This document shows, in pieces, positions 53,955 to 64,000 of a DNA stretch of 64,000 bases; position 1 is the stretch's first letter; each line of letters opens with the position of its first letter. A model generated the notes under the pieces. That model was not told where the DNA came from. It saw nothing but the letters and a program-made list of their open reading frames with translations, and searched no databases. Both the position numbers and the translations under genes were made by a program. The DNA comes from Phoronis australis (lineage: Eukaryota > Animalia > Phoronida), in contig NMRA01000168.1 of NCBI GenBank assembly GCA_002633005.1, forward strand, positions 437,129 through 501,128. The letters run 5' to 3'.

Positions 53955-56900
53955 TCGTTTGTTTAAGGCTTCGTTTTCTTGTTGTCTTTCATCATTGCAA
54001 AGAGATGTCTTTCTTCAGAGCTTGTTGAGGTAATGTTTGACGTATTTTGTCGATGTCTAGCTAAGGCGATTTTCGAGATAACAAAATACATTAGTTAATA
54101 CCGTTACCATGCTGGAATGACAGGTGTTTATCTTTGATATGTTTAGAATAAGTTTTGATTAAGACTAACATTACACATACTAGACTTAGCGACCGAAAGG
54201 TTAGTAACATTGAGTTTTCAGTCCTTATCATTCCGTAATTCATCCATTTATCAACCTCTAGAAAATGGTCCGTGTCTAACGTGAAGGAACACAACGTCTG
54301 AGAAGGTGCAATTAAACAGAAAATTATTGAACGTAAAATTTTAGATAAAAGAATAATTTGCTTTATCTACTGAGGCTTTTATTTGTTTTTAGCGACACTT
54401 TTGTAGTCTCAGTTTCCCCTGCATAGATGACATGTTTGTATTGTGGTGTTTTTGGCATGTGCTATTAGGGGGCGACCGATGGAATTAATGCAAGTTGGTA
54501 ATCTTTTTTGAACAGTTGTTGGCATAAGTAGCATTACAAATAATATCACTTATTAAACACACATTCACAGACGCACAGGCGCAAACGCACATGCGCAAAC
54601 GCACACGCACACACACCAATGGGGATAACGGCAAACAGTGAAAATAATCAGGTAACTACATGTATATGAGCCGTAAGTTCCACCGTCCGAAATTTTATTG
54701 TGATTAGATTTTTTTTAAATTTATATCTTTGTACATCATAATAATTATTTATTTCCATTTTCGCAACTTCCAATTTGGTTGATTTTTTTCAGTCTCATTT
54801 TGTATATGTGTAGTTTCCAAATGAAAATTATTATATTACATATTTTGGTCCATCAAATTTCCCCCAAAAATATCTACAGGCATAAGTTCAAACGTTTGAC
54901 CTGAACGGCATTGAAAACGATTGTACAATATCACAAGACCAATACAAACGGAGAAGATCCTCCGACTCCTTGTTAGAGAGTGATCAGTCATCATTTGGTA
55001 AAATTCCAATCCTGTGAAGATAAGTATTTGTACGTATAACTCTGTGAGTAATTCTGAACTGGAACCACATTAAATTTGTGTCAGAAGTAAAATTAATTGA
55101 ACAACCGTAGGCCTTTCTCCACACCCTCTAGTTGTAGTATTTAGAGCCTGATCTTAAATTGTACTTCTATTCTACTTTTTAGTGTTGTTGTCAAACATGG
55201 TTATGAGCCGATTATAGATTATTTTGTTTGAATAAGACAGAATGTCCAAGAAAATAGGGGAGCATGTGGGAGGGAAATCGTAAAAATAGAAAATTCTCCA
55301 AACTTTCAAGTGTAAGATATGGCCCTTACTGGACCATGGAAATGGGTAAATGGAGGGGAAAAGCCGTACTTATTACTAAAATGTTGATAAGACATAAGTC
55401 GACCATCATCAAGTAAATTATGTATATAAACATGCCTGTTTCATACAATTGCCTAATATGTAAAATACAATTATCGAGTCACTGTCTATTCTTATACCTG
55501 GATTGTGGCCACAGTGCTTTACGTGGATAAAGTGTAGTTTCAAATTCAATTTTGCAGCAGAACATCAACTGTGAAGTGAGAAATAAGTGCACTAACTTGG
55601 GAACTAGAAATCATTTAACGACTGTACTTTTACCTTGGACCATCTTAGTAAATCTTTTCTTATTTCCAATTTGAATGCAGGTGTCGTGTGGTTGGGATCC
55701 TTTGACTTGAGCATTATAGTCAGTTACTAGTGGTAACCCCTCGGGCGATAATTCTCCAAAATCCACTCGGGCTCTAGATAACGGGGGATAACGACTTCGC
55801 CATGTAATAATCTATACATATATCTTCATTTTGTCGAACCATAATTATAGCCATGATTTCCGCTCATATAATGAACAAATACTGTGACGGTGGGTCTTCC
55901 TGGCGACACCCGCTTCCAATTTTTGAAATAATCTGATGTTATACCATGTTCAATTACTCGTAAATGCGCACCAGTGTTCAATAAACGGACCCAATCAATG
56001 AATTGGTTACCAAAATTGAAGAACGATAATCAAGTTTTGTAAATATAGTTCCACGATTCAAGTGGGTAACCTTAGGTACAATTAATCTTCACACACGAGC
56101 AGTACACCTCCCGGCTCAAGGCGGTTTCCTTCATTAACGTCACTCCCAACACCATTGAACAGGCCCGAGCTATAAACAACAGCATTAGCCAATCCCTACT
56201 TGTATGTGAAAGACCCATTTCCAGTGCTTGTGGTAGATACAGTTTGAACACGTAGCGCGGTTACGAGAGTACGAAATGCCGTTGAAAAGGTTTAGATCAA
56301 GTCATTAAAGTTGTTCATTTTAAATCTTATCATGAAAAGGAAGACGACAGAAATGTGTTTTCCTGCATAACAGGCATCAGGGGTCTGGAAAACCTAATCA
56401 TTGTAACAGTTGAGGATTTTTAAAAAGTGTAGTCTAAAAAAACGAGGTCATGTTGAAGGAGCATCATTCGACAATACGTCTGAATAAATCTGGTTTGCCC
56501 TAATATTCATTGAGAACGGATTTCTACTATCAGCGAACCACAGTTACATTGTAAGTTGTGTTTGGTCTGAGTTCTTGAAACACTAGACAGAAAGTACTGG
56601 GTGAACGGACGCAACCGGAATGGAGGCTGTAAGCACCTCTGAGATTACTTCTCTGGAAAATTTCCCACCATTTCAGCAAACATATGTGGTAATTTATAAT
56701 AATAAAATTTGATTGTTTGGAGTGATTTCCACTGTGGGTAAGATAGGTATGAGACCAATGTCATAATCAAATCACAATCAGTTCTATTGGTGTGCACTTT
56801 ACTCAGACATTTCTAAAAACACAATCCGTTTCGAAAATAACTTTTAAGCAAAACATCACTGAAACACATAATTTGTCATGAACAAGGCACTTGCATGAAT

Positions 56901-58743
56901 TAATGAAAGTTGTAAATAATTCCGCCGCTTTACTTAAAGGGATACCAAGACCAACTTTGGCCTGTTAAAAGACATTAAAAGCGACTCTCCCATCCAGTTC
57001 TTTGAAAATAATAATGCCCTGTATCCCCCGAATCAAACATTTGAAAACTCCGTAAAATGTTTGCTTAAAAGAAAAGCGTGACTTACGCTTTAGGCTATTT
57101 GCACAACAACCTTACAAGAAAAAAACAGCCGCTAAGAATCATAATATCCAATCTTTGACACAGAAAGTGTGTATTTTTAATTGAATCCTGCTTTTATCAC
57201 TAATGTCAGACGACAAATGTGCATTAATAGGTGACAGAATGAGGATTGATTAAAATCACCAAATCTGGATTTAGTATAGTTTTAACATGCACTTTTCAAA
57301 CATTTTTCATTACATCGTTTTATACTACTGAAATACTGCAATTAGTTAAAAACGAGAAATTGCTGGGAAAAATTTCAATAATCTGGTTAACGTCGAGCGA
57401 TGGCTAATGTTTGGCCTCTTGCATGTCTCGTAGAACATAGAAGAACAAAACCTTGCGCTTCATATTACTTATATTTTCACGGATCTCATCCAAAGTGTTC
57501 GAAAAGTATTTCTGGTGGTTGTAAATGACTTAACTTAATTGGAGAACGACCGTAGGATACCAGGGGAGGAATTCGTTGGCGGACGAGTGGGCCAGAGTTT
57601 GACGAAGCTGAATTTGTGTGTTGAATTAAAACTTTCTTTGGTGAGATGGGGTGAGTTTCTGGTTAAAGTCGACAAAGAGCAATCTGTAATTGAGGTGCGC
57701 TTTTGTCAAAAAATCCCTACTATTTGTATCATAATCCGTACTTCATCTTACTTTTTGTTATTAAAATATCACCGTCCTTCTTATACGCTTTCGGTTGATA
57801 CATCTTGAAAACCTAAACTCACCACTCGGTCCACGAATTTGTGTAGTTTTTATATTTTATCACTATTTTACAAGTCTAATTCGTTTAATGTGACAAACAA
57901 TGTTAAAAGCGTGTTTGTTAAAATACCTTGGACAACATTTGTTATCAATAGTAACAAAATGTAGCCAAACTACTAGGCCTATTTCAAGACGGAGTTCATA
58001 ACGACACTGAAGTAGCGACTCACGTCGCTGTACCTCGGGACATGCTTCTCGAAGCCAAACCAAACCCTTGAAATTATAAACATACACCACTTTGACAAAT
58101 TTGCTTGCTGAAAGTGTACGTTTTGGAAGATACGTCATGTTGTCGAATTTTGCCTGTGACCAATAAGAAAACGGATAGCATTGGTTTTGATGTTTTACGG
58201 ATATTTTTAAAGTTACTATCCGTTTAAAACTGTGACGAGTTGAGTGCATGGGCGCAAAAACTATTCGTGTTCTAACAATATCGTTGTTTTGCTAACGATG
58301 AGCTTTTGCGAATGTTGCAAAAAGGATTCCATAACATTGGTGTAAGTTCATAACTAAAATTCTGAAGGCTTTTTTCTTTTAGATTATGTCTGCCTGTCCT
58401 CAATGTATTCGTGTGTGTCCATTTGATCAAATGCAGCTGCTGCAGACGTCTTTTAACCTGAGCTCACTGTATCGCAACACTAGAAACTTTAAAAACTTCC
58501 TGTAAAACTCTTGTCAGTATATTATTTATAATTTTATTATGTGTCACGGTGTGCATTTTTCACACTCATCTTACGTGTCTACTGTACAGTAGACTGCATT
58601 GTACATCTGTTGATTACCTAAACTCAACCATTCATAGTCAGTGAAGGAAACACGCTATCCTAAAGGCAACCGTGAACCATTAGACACAGGAGAGATCTCA
58701 TCCAGCTTTAAGCAGTAAAATGTTTTGATATCATGTAAATAAT

Positions 58744-61700
58744 TCAATTTTTCAACAACCAGCGCATTTCCCAGTCGTGGATGTGAGCCATCCTTTTATT
58801 TCTAGTTTCAGACAGTTCAATGCTTCTGCGCATTCTGTGATGGTCGATCTCTTTCACTTCGAATGGCGTGATGGCGACTCTGCTGCGGTCTGGGCATGCT
58901 CCCGTGGCCCAAAATTCTGATTTTCTGGCAACATTCTCCTGAATTTTACCGCTGTTGGCAGTGCTAGCCACGTGGAATGTCACTTTAACAACTTTCCGGT
59001 TAAACACCATCAAAATCTGCAACAAAACAAGGTTAATGTTAGCATCGCTATTCCGATGTTGAAAATCAGGAACATATGTCATCAGGGAATGGTTTGGGCG
59101 TCGAATGATTTATCATACAAGTTAAATGCAGAAGGCTGGAAGTCGACAAAACACTCATTAATAAATTTTAACCACAACCTTGGGGTCTGGTTCGTGAGTG
59201 TAGACAGAAATTTACGTTCACACTTCAAAACTTAGTTTAGCCAAATAATTATGAACGCAACACAGTGTAGTAATAATTTATAGAAATTACCCCAAAGCAA
59301 TTATCGGTACAGGTGTATTCTCAGAGACAGCATTTTTGCCCAAATGAACCTCAATTAAGACCAAATTCTGACCTACGTTTTAGGTAACTTTTCATGAAAC
59401 TGATTCCTCAAGATGTATGGTCAGTACTCAGAGCCCAAAACGTGACTACTAGAGATCTAGTATTTGATAGAATGAAAACCAAAAGCAAAGTTGAAGCTAT
59501 GAAGGATCCAAAACATAGTGTCAGATGCAATGAAGTAGCCTAACAATGGCATCAGATGTGCGCACGTGTCTCTACAAAATCTGCTGAAATACTTAACGCT
59601 ACTTATCGCAAAAATGGAATCGGGATGCAAGAGGTCACCTTAAGGATCTTGCGCAAAGCTGACAAATCCTGATCTTTCTCAATGTAGACGTTCACTTGAC
59701 CTTCAACCGCCATCGCCATGAATTGTTCCAACAATGTCAACGATGGGTTAGGATTGTCCCGACTGCTAAATACCATCTCTTCAATTGTATCGCTGTAACT
59801 CGGTTTGTATGTTGTCATGAGCAGGTGTTCTAAAAATAATGACATTGAGAAGTTATAATGATCGCCAATTACAACAATTCATTGTTGAACTACATGTATA
59901 CATAACCAATTAATTTCTGTGTAACAATTAAAAACGTAGGCCTGTGGAGTAACCATTTCTGTAATTGTGACATCGGTAAACACAATCATTTTCTTTCATG
60001 AAATTTTGGTACAGCAACCAGAGGTGGATCCAGGATTTTGAATTAGGGGGTGCCAGGCAGAGCATAAGCCACGATTTTGCCCGACAGACATTCGCCGCCT
60101 CGTACTGCCAAATGAAATCTGGAAGAAGGCCATGCCCCCTCCCCCCTTAAATCCGCCACTGGAAACGTAACGGAAAGTAACAACACGTTTATGGTAATGT
60201 TACTCCATTTCTAATGACATTATCGTACTGCGCAGTCGCAAGATTTCTTTTTCAATTCTGTCAACACTTTTAGCGCTTTTCTATAGGAGCAGCGCACGAG
60301 TTGCCCTAGCTGGCCGGTCAAAAAACCTATTGAACACTGCACGCATAAGATCACGAGTATGATGAGTTTGGGAGAATCCTACTACATTGTATTTCTGGTC
60401 CAGTGACCCTGCTCAGCGGGAGATGGAGTCTTGAGGTTTGGGCAAACGAAGAAGAATCCAGGGGTCATGCGTTATCAGTAGCAAATTCGAAATATGAAAG
60501 TATTTTTCTGTAAGACTTACAGGTCATGTCATACAAAATACCCCTGGTTGCAGTGGCGGATTTAGAGGGGGGGGGAAGCAAGGGGGCATGCCCCCTGAAA
60601 CTCTCCCAGATTCTATTTGGCAGTTCGGGGATGCAGATGTCTGACGGGCAAAATCCTGGCTAATACTCTGCCCTGCCCCCCTAACTAAAAATCCTGGATC
60701 CGTCACTGGGTTGTATATAAAAGTGTTCATCGGCAGAGATAACGCAAGGTCGCACACTAGTAAAATGAATTGAAAAAGAAATTGCCACGCCTTGTTATTT
60801 TCCAAGGCGTATAGTTGAACCGTTGTCAAGCGCCCGCTTGCAACAAACCACGACCCAGGGATCTGTTTCACGAAATGGAACTTAAAACCGAAGTCGGAAA
60901 GTTCGTCTTGCGCCCCCTTTAAAAGTACCCATTAAAGTTTTGGCCATGTGGTTATTAGCTCAGCACTCCATTGAAATATTTTATACAAATTAAACTCAGC
61001 AACTAGTAGTTGTGAGTATATTCTTTGAGACTTTCCATTTTTGCTAGGGCGAAATTTGATTATTTTTTAGAAACATTATTGGATTGCAAGAACAAGTTTC
61101 TAACAGACCCCAGGTTAATAGACAGCTAAAGCATATTAACCAAAATGGACGCTTGAATGGTTGAGCTAAAATGGCGACGGTGATAAAAGAATTAACGACC
61201 GAATCAGATTATCGAAACAACAGGCGAAGCAAAAGTCATACTTAAGAGAGAATGAATCTGTGTTTTCTCAGCGCAGAGGCCGTTATCACAGGATAACGAG
61301 TGAACAGAAGAGTTTACATTTGCTGTGTTGTAGAAGCTTGCTTTACTCGCGTCAGGGAAGGGAACGCTTGCCTTGCCTATGAATTTCGATAGAAACTTAA
61401 GACAAGATCTTAGTTTTCCGTCCCACGATGAACCTAAAAAGTAAGTGATCGCCTGTAAGATCAGTTGTACATATCAAATCATTAGGCAGCCAACTTCCAT
61501 ACTTGGTGCATGCCGATACAGTCATTGATAAGAACACTGTGTGAAAGACCCACATGTACGTACATTCACCCATATTCGTGCTATTAATTTTTTTAAATAC
61601 ACCACAGTTAATTAAAATCGTTCATTCATGCCAATTCGCATGAGCACGTAATTAAGTGTTGCACATCACGGACTTAAAACTGTGTAAGGTGTTTCGGAAA

Positions 61701-63585
61701 AGAGAACAAAAAATTGTAGGAGTAGTTTATTCTAAGCGCGATCGAAGTTTACAATTGCCCGGACGCAAGGGAACTAGATACATGTATGCGATGTCTGTGA
61801 GAAGTAACATGGGCACAAACACGTCAGACGTGTACACAAGTAAGCCACACTATACAATATCAGTGAAGTCTCTCTCACAACGGAAAATTTGTCTTCAAGT
61901 CCCGAAGCACATTTTAGGCCAATCAGAAATCACAAATTTGAGACTGGACAAAATTGATGTACCCGTGATGAATCGTCCTATTGAGACAATCAGTCAACCG
62001 CATTGGATACACTGTACATGGCTTGCTCATGTGTCAAAACAAATGCTTCTTCTTCAAAGATGAACCGAGACAGTGACTTTCAAAGATGACAATGCAGTAC
62101 ACTGTATGTCGTTAATGAACTTTAAATGTACAAAGCAATGCATACTGAATTATACAACCTCCGCTCTACAATGTAGTCTCCGCATGTACTTTACTCGAGT
62201 TGCATGTGACTGCCGAACTTCGGAAGCACTGACTAGTCGAGGAATGCTCAAAGCAAGCGTGGGTCAGCAGTATGCCCCAATAGCAATTACATGTACTCAA
62301 TTTTGGTAAAACTGAATTTTTTCTACTAACTGTGGAGAAATCAATCGTGAGCATCTTTCGAAACACTGAATAAACATAATTACGTACCATATCCAATTCC
62401 ACAGCCACAATTAGTAACAAAACAGTTGTCGATGTCCTTTGTCAAAGATGAACCCTTCACAATCTTGCCGACGTCTTTTTTAAATTTCTTGACAGCCTTT
62501 TCTCTTACATTTTTCGTGTCACCACAAAATCCGGCTTCTTCGTTGGAACAAGAACTGTAAAAAAAAGAAAACAGATTTCAAAATATTACGATAGCCAAGC
62601 AAGAATCAGTTAAACGCTTATAAAAAACAGGTTCAATTAGACCTCATTCGAAAAGGTTCAGGCTCTGGCAGTCCAAACGAAAAATCAATGCTTTGAGATA
62701 ATTTATAACACAAATGCTCACCGTTTCTTCCAAAAAAAAAATTAAAATCGATAAAGCATTGTGTAGCTCACTGGTAGCTAATGGTCCTTACGCCAGTCTG
62801 GCCTATACAATCAAATCTTGGTCGCCTAATGCTATTCAATGTGAAGCTGAAAGTGATGCACAGCATGCAGCATACTTACTGTAAGCTCAATACTTTTCAT
62901 TACAGGTAGACGTGCCCGGGTCCACAAAAGCATACAGCTGGAGTTCAAAGAGTTCTACCATTTTATGCTCATATCTAAGCAAATATTGCAAGTTTACTCA
63001 AGCCTATCTTCAAATTCACAAAATGGAAGTTATGTCTGTATTACATGTACATGTAGCTTGTCTATGCAAAGGTTATAATTTGTCTATGCATGTCTGACTA
63101 GTTCACATATGGTTGACCAATTAAACTCACTCATAAAAGTACAAAAATCCGTTCCCACCAACTGCAGGTCTGATTGCAAGTATTGAGTTCTCGTTTCTTT
63201 GGGGTAATGTAGTTTTAAGTGGCATATGTGTCTTAACAAAGCTCATTGTATCAATGACATATTGAGTGATAATGCTAAGTCACATGTCATTCTGCATCCT
63301 AAACATAAACCTTTACTCTGCTTACGAGCATTTGTCTTCCGCGCGGCCATTTTTCGTTTTAAAACAGAAAAGTCCACGTTAGAATAAGGGGATGACAAAT
63401 AAAATCGTCAGATGGAAGGAGTAATAGTCGTTATAACAACTATCATTTGATGGTGCAAGGCCAATAAACTTGAAATAATCTCACGTGGGTAAACATTGAA
63501 CAATCAGTTTGGTAAATATGCAAGGGTAAAAACATAAAATAGCCAATAAGAAACACAGCGGTGATGAGATTCGTCCAGAAGTCAT
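58744..63585 (-). CDS. Uncharacterised secreted or type II membrane precursor with C-terminal furin-flanked peptides; 4 coding exons, about 243 aa
   Basis: Exons 63585-63485, 62554-62388, 59829-59639, 59016-58744; GT-AG, internal acceptors with polypyrimidine tracts, phases 2/1/0, 732 nt. Protein: MTSGRISSPLCFLLAILCFYPCIFTKLIVQCLPTSCSNEEAGFCGDTKNVREKAVKKFKKDVGKIVKGSSLTKDIDNCFVTNCGCGIGYEHLLMTTYKPSYSDTIEEMVFSSRDNPNPSLTLLEQFMAMAVEGQVNVYIEKDQDLSALRKILKILMVFNRKVVKVTFHVASTANSGKIQENVARKSEFWATGACPDRSRVAITPFEVKEIDHHRMRRSIELSETRNKRMAHIHDWEMRWLLKN*. The frame stays open upstream to an acceptor at about 63662, so the N-terminus may be longer. Confidence 0.72.
60019..60161. mobile_element. MITE, CAG(A/T)GG(C/T)GGAT family
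   Basis: CAGAGGTGGATCC...AAATCCGCCACTG with flanks GCAAC/GAAAC (5-bp TSD, one mismatch). Inverted homolog at 60551-60708. Confidence 0.8.
60551..60708. mobile_element. MITE, same family, inverted orientation, perfect 5-bp TSD
   Basis: CAGTGGCGGATTTAG...GGATCCGTCACTG flanked by GGTTG on both sides (60546-60550 and 60709-60713). Confidence 0.85.
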
Positions 63586-64000
63586 CGTCGTCCGTTGTGG
63601 TATTTCCAAATTTTGGGAAGATACTCCAAGAGATCCAGCTGCGGACGCTGATGAACCCAAACTGCGTCCAGAATATGTATAGTTAGGGGCATAAAAATGA
63701 TTATTTCAAATTCCCCAAAAAACGTGTGCAAATGGGATTATGGTGTTTAAAGGCAAAGGCAACCTTTTTTCATGTCATTTTTAGCAAAAATTAGGTTCGT
63801 TGGTTATCCCAGACATATTTTCAACTTAATTACAGCTTTTCGTAATTTAACTAAATATTCGTTCTCTACTCCGGAAGTGACGTTTTGGGAGGCAAGCATT
63901 TCCCGCCAATTTCTTTTCATATAGTCTGACTATGAGAGCTGTCGCCTCAGTCATTGATCTACCTCCGTTGTGATAAGTTCGGTCGTCGTTTGCTTTTGTT

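Noticed and set aside
54000-58700. Additional gene between the giant gene and the precursor gene (ORFs 57539-57808, 57863-58249)
   Set aside because: No motifs or consistent exon chain; looks like intergenic or UTR DNA with old repeat fragments.
1-64000. CRISPR arrays, rRNA genes, prokaryotic operons
   Set aside because: No regularly spaced repeat-spacer array or rRNA-like sequence seen; the window is spliced eukaryotic DNA.

Overview
AT-rich, intron-rich eukaryotic DNA (GT-AG introns), most likely from a marine invertebrate animal; the taxon cannot be fixed from the sequence. Splicing exons by hand gives five protein-coding genes. (1) The first coding exon of a TMEM106-family gene (- strand, runs off the window start). 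(2) Head-to-head with it, a complete 9-exon LanC-like gene (LANCL, about 405 aa). (3) An 8-exon Delta/DSL-family gene (about 334 aa) that appears to encode a secreted ligand with no transmembrane segment. (4) A 19-exon giant secreted protein (about 3337 aa, - strand) with signal peptide, SUEL/rhamnose-binding lectin, EGF-like modules and roughly 18-19 FN3/Ig-like DxxPP repeats. (5) A 4-exon orphan precursor (about 243 aa, - strand), only partly visible in the ORF track, with a hydrophobic N-terminus, a domain that may be a degenerate ADP-ribosyl-cyclase fold, and two furin-type sites releasing a 15-aa C-terminal peptide. Intergenic and intronic DNA holds a decayed BEL/Pao retrotransposon with nested elements, THAP-bearing repeats, a LINE fragment, MITEs, a tRNA-derived SINE, microsatellites and a ~950-bp duplication next to an assembly N. 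Gene models were built by eye from splice signals and frame continuity; family calls rest on recalled motifs, not database searches.
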